Positions 25,625-34,399 of a stretch of DNA of 64,000 nucleotides are shown piece after piece. The notes beneath the pieces were generated by a model, which made no database searches, was not told the DNA's origin, and saw only the letters and a list, made by a program, of their open reading frames with translations. The DNA is taken from assembly GCA_964596545.1 (NCBI GenBank), contig CAZQUP010000001.1, forward strand, positions 70,181 to 134,180, read 5' to 3'. How positions within the stretch are numbered: the first letter of the stretch is position 1; each line of letters opens with the position of its first letter. Position numbers and translations under genes: made by a program. Source of the DNA: an uncultured Desulfatibacillum sp. Its GTDB lineage: Bacteria > Desulfobacterota > Desulfobacteria > Desulfobacterales > SpSt-501.

Positions 25625-27002
25625 TTTCGACGTCATTATCGTCGGCGCCGGGCCTGCAGGTCTCTTCGCAGCCTACCACCTCGCGGAACACTCCGACCTG
25701 CGGGTGCTGGTGATCGAAAAGGGGCGCGAGCCCCTCAAGCGACGCTGCCGCATCCCCCGCTCCGGCCGATGCGCCGGCTGCACCCCCTGCGACATTTTGA
25801 GCGGTGTCGGAGGGGCGGGGCTCTTCTCCGACGGCAAACTCAACTTCAGCCCTCGGCTCGGCAAGACCGACCTCACCCAGTTTCTACCACTTCCCGAGGC
25901 CGAAGCCCTGATCGCCGAAACCGAAAAGATCTTCAACCGCTTCGGCATGGACGGACCGGTCTACCCGACCGATCTGCCGCGGGCGCTCGAGCTGCGCAAA
26001 CAGGCCCGGCGCTTCGGCATCGATCTCTTGATCCTGCGCCAGAAACACATCGGCAGCGAACGGCTCCCCCGACGCATCGCGGCGCTCTCCCGCCATCTTG
26101 AGGAACGCGGGGTGGCGCTGCATTGCTCCGAGGAGGTCCGCGACCTCCGGGTCTCCGCCGGGCGGGTGCAGGGCGTGCAGACCGACCGCGCCGCCTACAA
26201 CGCCCCGCGGGTCATCGTCGCTCCGGGGCGCGTGGGGGCCGACTGGATCGCCGGGCTCGCACGCCGTTTCGGCCTGAACCTCACGCAACGCGGCATCGAA
26301 GTGGGGGTGCGGGTCGAGGTGCACGGAGACATTCTGGCCGATGTGTGCCGCGTGATTTACGACCCCGCCTTTTTTATCCGCACGGCCACCTATGACGATC
26401 TCACGCGCACGTTCTGCACCAACCCCGGCGGTTTCGTGACGGTTGAAAATTACAGCCGTTTCGTGTGCGTGAACGGCTACGCCTTCCGGGACCGGAAATC
26501 CGAAAACGCCAACTTCGCCTTTCTTTCCAAAGTGGTCCTGACCGAGCCGGTGACGGACAACCACGCTTACGGCGAGGCGATCGGCCGTCTCGCCCACCTG
26601 ATCGGCGGCGGCCGACCGATTCTTCAGCGATTCGGGGACCTCAAACGCGGCCGCCGCAGCACCTGGAGCCGGGTTCGCAAAGGTTCTCTGGTGCCGACCC
26701 TTTCCGCAGTCGTCTGCGGCGACATCGCCATGGCCCTTCCGGAGCGTATCCTCACCAATCTCGTCGAAGGCCTGGAAACGCTGAACGCCGTCATTCCCGG
26801 CGTGGCAAACGACGAAACCCTTCTCTACGCCCCGGAGATCAAATTCTTCGCCACCCAGATCGAAACCGACGCGAGGCTCGAGACGCGGATCCCGGGCCTC
26901 TTCGTGGCCGGCGACGGCCCGGGGGTCGCGGGGAACATGGTGTCCGCGGCGGCTACGGGGTTGATCCCCGCCAAGGCGATTCTCGCCGCGCTCGGCCGCT
27001 GA
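25575..27002 (+). CDS. FAD-dependent oxidoreductase (COG2509-like, function unknown)
   Basis: N-terminal Rossmann motif FDVIIVGAGPAGLFAA and C-terminal LFVAGDGPGVAGNMVSAAATG. The start overlaps the upstream gene by 50 nt, and no alternative start precedes the GxGxxG motif. Confidence 0.7.
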   Translation: MKNGKSKRSPSRTAAADFDVIIVGAGPAGLFAAYHLAEHSDLRVLVIEKGREPLKRRCRIPRSGRCAGCTPCDILSGVGGAGLFSDGKLNFSPRLGKTDLTQFLPLPEAEALIAETEKIFNRFGMDGPVYPTDLPRALELRKQARRFGIDLLILRQKHIGSERLPRRIAALSRHLEERGVALHCSEEVRDLRVSAGRVQGVQTDRAAYNAPRVIVAPGRVGADWIAGLARRFGLNLTQRGIEVGVRVEVHGDILADVCRVIYDPAFFIRTATYDDLTRTFCTNPGGFVTVENYSRFVCVNGYAFRDRKSENANFAFLSKVVLTEPVTDNHAYGEAIGRLAHLIGGGRPILQRFGDLKRGRRSTWSRVRKGSLVPTLSAVVCGDIAMALPERILTNLVEGLETLNAVIPGVANDETLLYAPEIKFFATQIETDARLETRIPGLFVAGDGPGVAGNMVSAAATGLIPAKAILAALGR

Positions 27003-27033
27003 CTTCCATCCGCGGCACCCTCCCGCACGCCGG

Positions 27034-27063
27034 TTGACAGCGGAAGGCGATTTCCCCTAAGGT
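27034..27063 (+). promoter_or_regulatory. Sigma-70-like promoter upstream of pfaC-oleABCD
   Basis: TTGACA-N18-TAAGGT lies 90 nt upstream of ATG 27153. It shares TTGACAGC..GRAGGC..TTTCCC..TAAG with the pfaD box. Confidence 0.4.
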
Positions 27064-27152
27064 GCCCCGGAGTTCTAGCTTCCGGGAACCCTTATGACCG
27101 CGAGCCCGTTTCCGCCTCCCCATCCCCCCTGCTCCGCTTTCGCCGCCTGAAG

Positions 27153-30100
27153 ATGGACAGGCCGTCCCCGATCGCCGTCGTCGGTATCTCCGGGCTGTTT
27201 CCCGGAGCTCACGACCTGGCGGCATTCTGGAACCTCATGACCTCCGGGCGTCCCGCGGCGGCCGAAGTCCCCCGGGAGCGCTGGAACGTCTCGCCCGAAC
27301 GGTTCGTCTTCGCCCGGCCGATCCCCGACCGTGCCTATTCGCGCATCTCCTGCCTGTTGCAGGAGCCTCCCTTCGATCCGCGTGCGGTCGAACCCGGTTT
27401 ACCGGAAGGGAAGAATCTCGACCCGATGCAGCGGATCGTGCTCCGGGCCGCGCACGACCTGCTCACAGCCCCCGGGCCTCTCCCACTGAACCGCGAGCGC
27501 ACGGCGGTCGTTCTCGCCGCGATCGTACTCCCCACCGATTCCGCAACCCGCTGGAGCTGGGAGGTCCTTGCGCCGCAAATCGAACAGCGCTGCGGTCGCG
27601 CCCTTTTTCGCAGGCCGGAAAGCTCCGCCGCGCTTCATTCCGCCGCCGCACGCGTCGCCTCGTATCCCGCCGCCCTGCTCGCACGGGTTTTCGGGCTGGG
27701 AGGCGGAAGCTTCACCCTCGATGCCGCCTGCGCTTCCTCGCTCTACGCTATAAAGCTCGCCTGCGACGCCCTCCGGGCCGGGCGGGCCGACGCCGTGGTG
27801 ACCGGGGGGGTCTCGCGCCCCGACGCCCTGTTCACCCAGATCGGCTTCAGCCAGCTGCGGGCCCTCTCTCCGAGCGGCCGCTGCGCTCCTTTCGATCGCC
27901 ACGCCGACGGCCTCGTGGTGGGCGAGGGGGTCGGGCTTTTGCTCCTCAAACGCCTCGAGGACGCTCTGCAGGCAGGGGACCGGATCTGGGGCCTGATCCG
28001 CGGCATCGGCCTTTCGAACGACACGCGGGGAAGTCTTCTCGCCCCCGATCCGGACGGCCAGTGGCGGGCCCTTTCGGCGGCCTACGCCCAGGCCGGCTGG
28101 CGGCCCGAGGAGGTGGACTATATCGAGTGCCACGGAGCGGGAACTCCCGTCGGCGATGCGGTCGAGCTGGAGAGTTTGAGCCGTCTGCGGCAGGACACCC
28201 CGGCCTGCCCCATCGGCTCGGTCAAGTCCATCATCGGCCACCTGCTCACCGCCGCGGGCGCAGCGGGAATGATCCGGGTGCTGCTGGCGATGCGTCACGG
28301 GCTCATCCCCCCGACCCTGAATTTCCGCGAGCCCCCGACCGACAGCCCGATCGCCCATGGCCGCTTCCGCATCCCCGCCAAACCCGAACCGTGGATCCGC
28401 CGCGGCGAGGGGATCCCGCGCCGCGCGGCCGTGAGCGCCTTCGGTTTCGGAGGCATCAACGGTCACCTGCTGCTGGAGGAATGGCTCGCGGATCGGCCCC
28501 GAAACCTCCAATCCTCATGCGGCCGCCCGAACGGGCAGACGGCCCTTGAGGGGGAGGAGCCGTCGTCGTCGAACGCACCCGCCGCTTCGTCACCGGTTGC
28601 GGTGATCGGTCTTGCCGCCCGAGTCGGTCCCTACCCCTCCCTGGAGGCCCTGGGACGGGCTCTCGAAAAGGGGGAAAGGCCCCTTTCGCCACCTCCCCCG
28701 CAGCGCCTGGAAAAGAGGGCGCCGTTCGCGCTTCCGGAAGCCTTTCCCCCGGGGTTATATCTCGCCGACGAACCGGCGGTGAGCCGCCGGTTCCGGATTC
28801 CGCCCGCGGAGCAGCGCGATCTGCTGCGGCAGCATGCGGTTATGCTCGAGGTCGCCGCCGCGGCCATGGATGACGCCAAATTCGATGCCCGGGTGGAGCG
28901 TCCGGCGATGGGAGCGCTGGTAGGCATCGATTTCGACTTCGAGGCGACCCGTTACGGGCTGCGCTGGCGCCTGGAAGATCTCTCAGGCGTCATGCCCCCC
29001 GAGGAGGCCGAGCCTCTTCTGGAAAACCTGTCCCCGCCGCTTACGGCCTCGCGGGTGCTCGGATCCCTCGGCAGCATGGTGGCGAGCCGCATCGCGCGGG
29101 AGTTCCGCTTGGGCGGGCCGAGCTACGCCGTGAGCGCCGAGGCCTGCTCGGGGCTGCGCGCGCTCGAGATCGCCATGCGCGCGGTTCAATCCGGGGAGAT
29201 GGATGCGGTGCTGGTGGGCGCCGTCGACCTTCCGGGCGATCCCCGACGACTCGCCGCGAAGGAACAGCCCGCCCCGCCCCCTGCGGAAGGTGCGGTCGCC
29301 TTGGTGCTCAAACGCCGCGATCGCGCCTTGGCGGACGGGGACCGCATCCGCTTGATCCTGCGCGGTGCGGGCGCGGCGGGGGGCGAAGACCAGGGAGGCT
29401 CCCTTCGCCGCGCCCTCGCGGCGGCCCTCGCCGAGGCGAACGTCCCCTCCACGGCGGTCCGCCGCGCGGTCTGCGGCGGCCCGGATCGGGGGGAGGAGCT
29501 CCGCCGTCTTCTCCCGGAAGGAACCCGGATCGAATCGGTCCTAGACCGTCTGGGGGACTCAGGGGCGGCCGGGGGGCTCTTGGCGCTCCTGCAAGCTTGT
29601 TTGTCCTCCGCGGATCCGCACGGCGAAGGGCTCACGCTGATCAGCGCCGCCAGCCCCGAGGGCCACTGCCTGCAGGTTCTGGCTGAGTTTCCATCCCCCC
29701 TCGAAAAACGATCCGGCGGGGCCGTCAAGCCGGCGACGCCGGCGGAAAGGCCCTCGGCCGGAGCCGCCTCCCCGTCCCCGGCGACACCGGGCCGCCTGGC
29801 GGCAAGCGCCGCAGAAACGATCCTCGCGCTTTCCCGTTCCGCGGCCGCCGCCCATCGGAAGTATCTCGATTTTTCCCTCGAGTTGACCCGCGGCCTCGCC
29901 GGAACCCTGGGCCGCGGGGCCATCCGCCGGGAAACGCCCGGGGCTTCCTTTTCGCCCCGGGTGCTCTTCAACCGTGCCGCCTGCCTGGAGTTCGCCCGGG
30001 GCTCCGCCGCGCGGGTACTCGGCCCGGAGTTCGCCGCCGTCGACCGCTATCCGGTGCGCGTGCGGCTTCCCGACGAGCCGCTCATGCTGGTGGATCGGAT

Positions 30101-32357
30101 TTTGGAAATCCAGGGACGCAAGGGCACCCTGGGTCCGGGGCGCATCGTCACCGAGCATGACGTCCGGGAAAACGCCTGGTACCTCGACGGCGGCCGCGCG
30201 CCGATCAGCATCACGATCGAGGCCGGCCAAGCCGACCTGTTCCTGTGCGCCTGGCTCGGCATCGATCTTGCCGTCCGAGGCCGCCGCGCCTACCGCCTGC
30301 TCGATGCCGCGGTGCGCTTTCACCGCGCCCTGCCCACGCCCGGAGAAACCATCCGCTATGCGATCGAAATCGAAAAGTTCATCCGCCAAGGGGAGACCCA
30401 TCTCTTCTTTTTCCGCTTCGAGGGCACCATAGACGGCCGACCGCTGATCACGATGCGAGGGGGATGCGCCGGATTCTTCACGGCCGAGGAATCCCTGCAC
30501 TCGGGCGGCATCGTGCTTTCCCCAGAGGAAACGGCCCCTTCCCCTGGGAAGACGCCCGCCGCGTTTTCCTGGCCGGTCCCGGAGGAGGCCGCCGCCTTCG
30601 ACGATGCGGCCCTCGAGGCCCTGCGGGAGGGGGATGCCGCGCGCGCTTTCGGACCGCTCTTCGCCGGGGTCCGCATTCCCGAAACGCTGCGTCTTCCCGG
30701 CGGCCGTCTGCGGCTGATCGACCGCATCGTTTCCTTCGAACCGCACGGCGGGCGCTACGGATTGGGCAGCATCCGCGCCGAGGCCGACATCGATCCTGAG
30801 GCCTGGTTCCTCGTTTGCCATTTCGTCGATGACCGGGTCATGCCGGGCACCCTGATGTACGAGTGCTGCAACCAGGCGTTGCGCGTGCTGTTGCTCCGCC
30901 GCGGCTGGTTCCTCGAGCGGACGGGGCTGCGCTTCGAACCGGTCCCGGGCGTGGAGGCGGTCCTCACCTGCCGCGGGCCGGTCACCCCTTCGGTGCGCCG
31001 CGTCCACTACGAGGTCCATCTCAAGGAAGCGGGGTATCGACCCGAGCCTTACGTGCGGGCGGACGCCTTCCTTTACGCCGACGGTCGGCGCATCGTGCGC
31101 TTTCGCGACCTGTCCCTGAAACTCTGCGGAGCCTCCGCCGCCGATCTCGAAGCCTTCTGGAAACCGCGAAGGGTTCCTCCCCCCTTGAACCCCACAAAAA
31201 TCCTGGTTTCCCGAGACGGCCTCGAGGATTTTGCGACCGGCCACTCCTCGGCGGCTTTCGGCGATCGATACCTCCCCTATGACGGAAACCGCCATCTCGC
31301 CCGTCTTCCCGCCCCCCCGTTTCTTTTCCTGGACCGCATCCTCGAGGCCGGGCCCCGACCCTTCGTTCTGCGCCCGAAAGGCTGGGCCGAGTCCGAATTC
31401 GACATCCGGCCCGCAGCATGGTATGTCGCGGCCGAACGCACGGGAGCCATACCTTTCTGCGTTTTGCTCGAAACCGCGCTCCAGACCTGCGGCTTTCTCG
31501 CGGCTTACCTGGGTTCGGCCTTGAAGAGCGAAAAAGATCTCTTCTTCCGCAACCTGGACGGAAGCGGGTTGCTCGAGCGGCCGCTTTCGGCGGAGGCCGG
31601 AACCCTGCGGACGCGCTGCCGCCTGACGCGCGTCTCCGAGATGGCCGACCTCATCCTCGAGCAGTTCGCCTTCGAGGTTCACGATCGGCGAGGGCTCCTC
31701 TATTCCGGCACCGCGGGCTTCGGCTTCTTCACCCGCGAGGCGCTCGCTGGACAGCGGGGGATCTCCGGTGCGCCTCAGGCACCTCCGGCGGAGACGGCGG
31801 CGGAACTCGAGCGGCTCTGGCCCGATGTCCCCCCGTTTGAGCCGACCGATGCGGACCGCGCGCCGGACGGTGGCCTGCAGCTTCCGGCGCGGGCCCTGCG
31901 GATGATCGACCGCCTCGCAGGCTGGGAGGCCCGGGGAGGAAGCGCCGGCGCCGGTCGCCTGCTCGGCTTGAAGGAGATACGCGCCGGGGAGTGGTTCTTC
32001 CAGGCCCACTTCCACGGCGATCCGGTGTGGCCGGGCTCGCTCGGCCTCGAGGCCTTGATCCAACTTCTCAAAGCCGCAGCGATCCTCAAGTTGCCTGAAA
32101 GACGGTCTACTCACCGCTTTTTCCTGCCGCCCGGCAGGCGGCACCGCTGGAGCTACCGCGGCCAGGTGCGGCCGCAGAACCGTCGGGTGCTCGTGGAAGC
32201 CGACCTCCAAGGTCTCGAAGAGCGTCCCGCGGAGTCCGTTTTCTGGGGCGACGGGCGCCTCTGGGTGGATGGATTGTGCATTTACCGGATGGAAGGCTTC
32301 GGCGTCGGCCTCGCGCCGCAACACCCGGCCGACCGGTGCCTGCGCCCGCCCCGCTGA
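27153..32357 (+). CDS. pfaC: PfaC-type multidomain synthase: KS - CLF-like KS - two FabA-type DH double-hotdog units
   Basis: KS DAACASS (Cys codon 27729-27731) with HGAGT and GHLLTAAG. The second KS-like domain reads SAEACSG, with Ala aligned to the KS cysteine (CLF-like). FabA-type motifs: CHFVDDRVMPG (His codon 30819-30821) and AHFHGDPVWPG (His codon 32007-32009). No AT domain is present. Confidence 0.9.
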   Translation: MDRPSPIAVVGISGLFPGAHDLAAFWNLMTSGRPAAAEVPRERWNVSPERFVFARPIPDRAYSRISCLLQEPPFDPRAVEPGLPEGKNLDPMQRIVLRAAHDLLTAPGPLPLNRERTAVVLAAIVLPTDSATRWSWEVLAPQIEQRCGRALFRRPESSAALHSAAARVASYPAALLARVFGLGGGSFTLDAACASSLYAIKLACDALRAGRADAVVTGGVSRPDALFTQIGFSQLRALSPSGRCAPFDRHADGLVVGEGVGLLLLKRLEDALQAGDRIWGLIRGIGLSNDTRGSLLAPDPDGQWRALSAAYAQAGWRPEEVDYIECHGAGTPVGDAVELESLSRLRQDTPACPIGSVKSIIGHLLTAAGAAGMIRVLLAMRHGLIPPTLNFREPPTDSPIAHGRFRIPAKPEPWIRRGEGIPRRAAVSAFGFGGINGHLLLEEWLADRPRNLQSSCGRPNGQTALEGEEPSSSNAPAASSPVAVIGLAARVGPYPSLEALGRALEKGERPLSPPPPQRLEKRAPFALPEAFPPGLYLADEPAVSRRFRIPPAEQRDLLRQHAVMLEVAAAAMDDAKFDARVERPAMGALVGIDFDFEATRYGLRWRLEDLSGVMPPEEAEPLLENLSPPLTASRVLGSLGSMVASRIAREFRLGGPSYAVSAEACSGLRALEIAMRAVQSGEMDAVLVGAVDLPGDPRRLAAKEQPAPPPAEGAVALVLKRRDRALADGDRIRLILRGAGAAGGEDQGGSLRRALAAALAEANVPSTAVRRAVCGGPDRGEELRRLLPEGTRIESVLDRLGDSGAAGGLLALLQACLSSADPHGEGLTLISAASPEGHCLQVLAEFPSPLEKRSGGAVKPATPAERPSAGAASPSPATPGRLAASAAETILALSRSAAAAHRKYLDFSLELTRGLAGTLGRGAIRRETPGASFSPRVLFNRAACLEFARGSAARVLGPEFAAVDRYPVRVRLPDEPLMLVDRILEIQGRKGTLGPGRIVTEHDVRENAWYLDGGRAPISITIEAGQADLFLCAWLGIDLAVRGRRAYRLLDAAVRFHRALPTPGETIRYAIEIEKFIRQGETHLFFFRFEGTIDGRPLITMRGGCAGFFTAEESLHSGGIVLSPEETAPSPGKTPAAFSWPVPEEAAAFDDAALEALREGDAARAFGPLFAGVRIPETLRLPGGRLRLIDRIVSFEPHGGRYGLGSIRAEADIDPEAWFLVCHFVDDRVMPGTLMYECCNQALRVLLLRRGWFLERTGLRFEPVPGVEAVLTCRGPVTPSVRRVHYEVHLKEAGYRPEPYVRADAFLYADGRRIVRFRDLSLKLCGASAADLEAFWKPRRVPPPLNPTKILVSRDGLEDFATGHSSAAFGDRYLPYDGNRHLARLPAPPFLFLDRILEAGPRPFVLRPKGWAESEFDIRPAAWYVAAERTGAIPFCVLLETALQTCGFLAAYLGSALKSEKDLFFRNLDGSGLLERPLSAEAGTLRTRCRLTRVSEMADLILEQFAFEVHDRRGLLYSGTAGFGFFTREALAGQRGISGAPQAPPAETAAELERLWPDVPPFEPTDADRAPDGGLQLPARALRMIDRLAGWEARGGSAGAGRLLGLKEIRAGEWFFQAHFHGDPVWPGSLGLEALIQLLKAAAILKLPERRSTHRFFLPPGRRHRWSYRGQVRPQNRRVLVEADLQGLEERPAESVFWGDGRLWVDGLCIYRMEGFGVGLAPQHPADRCLRPPR

Positions 32358-32373
32358 AAGAAACCGGATCCCC

Positions 32374-33414
32374 ATGCGATTCTCCCGCGTCCGCATCGAG
32401 GCCTTCGGCTACGAGATCGCCCCCCACGTGGTTTCCTCCGCGGACCTCGAAGAGCGTCTCTCCCCCCTCTATGAGGCCTTGAGGATCCCCCGCGGGCAGC
32501 TCGAGGCGATCACCGGGATCCGCGAGCGTCGCTACTGGAGCCCGGGGTTCCGGCCCTCCGAAGGAGCGATCCGTGCCGGTCGCAAGGCACTCGAGACGGC
32601 CGGCCTCCACCCGCGGGAAATCGGGATGTTGATCTACGCCGCGGTTTGCCGCGAGCACCTCGAACCGGCGACCGCCTGCACGGTGGCCGACGGGCTGGGC
32701 ATCGCTGCCGATTCGCAGATCCTCGATCTCTCCAACGCCTGTCTCGGCGTCCTGAACGGGATCCTCCAGGTGGCCTGCGCGATCGAACTCGGCCACATCC
32801 GCGCCGGGCTCGTCGTCGCCTGCGAAACGGCGCGTGAAATCGTGGATCTTACGATCGAACGGCTGAACCGCGAACCCTCCATGGAGACGCTCCGCAAGAC
32901 GCTCGCCACCCTGACCGGCGGTTCCGGGGCGGCCGCCGTGCTTCTGGTCGACGCCGCCCACCGCCCCGGAGGCCGACGGGTGCGCGGGGGAGTATGCCGC
33001 AGCGCCCCCCAACACCACCGACTCTGCACGTGGGGGCCGGACACGGGGTTCCCCGAGGGCCGGGCCCACATGGCCGAGACCGATGCGGCCGAAGTCCTGC
33101 GCCACGGCGTCGCCTTGGGCGTCGAAACCTTCGCCGCCTTCCGGAGCGAGCTCTCCCTGCCGGAGGGAAAACCGGACAAGATCATCTGCCACCAGGTCGG
33201 GGCTACCCACCAGCGCACCTTTCTGGACGCCGTCGGCATCGATCCGGAACGCGACTTCACGACCTTCCGCCACCTCGGCAACACCGGGACCGTGAGTCTG
33301 CCCCTCACGGCGGCCCTGGCCGAAGAGCGCGGTTTTCTCGAGGCCGGAGATCTCGTCGGGCTGCTCGGCATCGGAAGCGGGCTGAACTGCCTCATGCTCG
33401 CCGTCGACTGGTAA
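32374..33414 (+). CDS. oleA: OleA, thiolase-superfamily head-to-head acyl condensing enzyme
   Basis: Internal ATG of track ORF 32269..33414, 16 nt after the pfaC stop. REHLEPATA, DLSNACLGVLNG (Cys codon 32740-32742), HQVGATH and the C-terminus LLGIGSGLNCLMLAVDW closely parallel recalled X. campestris OleA (RDYLEPSTA, DVANACLAFING, LLGIGSGLNCSMAEVVW). Confidence 0.85.
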   Translation: MRFSRVRIEAFGYEIAPHVVSSADLEERLSPLYEALRIPRGQLEAITGIRERRYWSPGFRPSEGAIRAGRKALETAGLHPREIGMLIYAAVCREHLEPATACTVADGLGIAADSQILDLSNACLGVLNGILQVACAIELGHIRAGLVVACETAREIVDLTIERLNREPSMETLRKTLATLTGGSGAAAVLLVDAAHRPGGRRVRGGVCRSAPQHHRLCTWGPDTGFPEGRAHMAETDAAEVLRHGVALGVETFAAFRSELSLPEGKPDKIICHQVGATHQRTFLDAVGIDPERDFTTFRHLGNTGTVSLPLTAALAEERGFLEAGDLVGLLGIGSGLNCLMLAVDW

Positions 33415-33420
33415 ACGGCC

Positions 33421-34320
33421 GTGAACGACTGGCGCGCTCTCTACCCTTTCCGCTCGCGGTTCCTCGCGGTGAACGGCCGCCGTATGCACTACGTGGATGA
33501 GGGCCGCGGCGCCCCGCTCGTCATGGTGCACGGCAACCCGACTTGGTCGTTCTTTTTCCGCTCCCTGATCGCCGGCCTCTCGGGTCGCTTCCGTTGCCTC
33601 GCCCCCGACCACATCGGCTGCGGGCTCTCGGAGCGCCCCGCCCCCCGCGGCTACGGCTTCCGCTTGGCGGATCGCGTGGCGGATTTCACGGCCTGGATGG
33701 AGCAGGTGGTCCCCGAAGAGCCCGTCACCCTCGTGCTGCACGACTGGGGCGGAATGATCGCCTCCGCGTGGGCGGTCGGGCGTCCCGAACGGATATCCCG
33801 GCTCGTCGTTCTGAACACCGCGGCCTTCTGCAAGCCGGAAGAAAAACCGCTTCCCCGGGTGCTCGCGCTGCTGCGGCGCCATCCGCGCACGGCGGCCGTT
33901 CTCGTCTGCGGCCTCAATCTCTTCACCCGCGGCGCGGCCCATACGGCGACGGCCCGCGGGCTTTCGCCCGCGGCGCGCGCCGGGCTGCTGGCACCCTATC
34001 GCGGCGGCTGGAAGCGACGAATCGCGCTGCTGCGGTTCGTCCTGGACATCCCGCTTTCGCCCGCCGACCCGAGCTGGCCCACGGTCGCGGCGGTTGATCG
34101 CGCCGTCGGGCGGCTGCAAACAAAGCCTCTCCTCCTCCTCTGGGCGGAGAGGGACTTCGTCTTCGACGGCGACTATCTCGCCGAATGGCGCCGGCGCTTT
34201 CCTGCGGCGGAGGTGCACACTTTTCCGGATGCAGGCCATTACCTGCTCGAGGACGAGCCCGTCGCCGCTCTCACGCGGATCGCCGATTTCCTCTCCCGCA
34301 CGGGGGCCTCCCCCGATTGA
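33421..34320 (+). CDS. oleB: OleB, alpha/beta-hydrolase (haloalkane-dehalogenase-like) beta-lactone decarboxylase
   Basis: GTG start lies 6 nt after oleA. MHYVDEGRGAPLVMVHGNPTWSFFFR and nucleophile elbow LVLHDWGG (Asp codon 33742-33744) are present, and the gene sits within ole order. Confidence 0.8.
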   Translation: MNDWRALYPFRSRFLAVNGRRMHYVDEGRGAPLVMVHGNPTWSFFFRSLIAGLSGRFRCLAPDHIGCGLSERPAPRGYGFRLADRVADFTAWMEQVVPEEPVTLVLHDWGGMIASAWAVGRPERISRLVVLNTAAFCKPEEKPLPRVLALLRRHPRTAAVLVCGLNLFTRGAAHTATARGLSPAARAGLLAPYRGGWKRRIALLRFVLDIPLSPADPSWPTVAAVDRAVGRLQTKPLLLLWAERDFVFDGDYLAEWRRRFPAAEVHTFPDAGHYLLEDEPVAALTRIADFLSRTGASPD

Positions 34321-34399
34321 AAAAGCCCGCTCCTTGCGGTAGGGGAAGGCGCCGGGCGGGGTATCCGCCCCCCCGGCTTTCCGAAAACCCGATCGCCGG

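Noticed and set aside
32374-33414. The OleA candidate considered as housekeeping FabH (KAS III)
   Set aside because: FabH has a DAACAGF-type active-site context and a different C-terminus. This protein matches the OleA-specific NACLG and LLGIGSGLNC..W features and sits in oleABCD order.
34321-34399. GC hairpin GGGCGG-ggtat-CCGCCC between oleB and oleC, considered as a terminator
   Set aside because: No T-run follows, and oleC/oleD clearly belong to the same pathway. At most it is an intra-operon processing or stability element.
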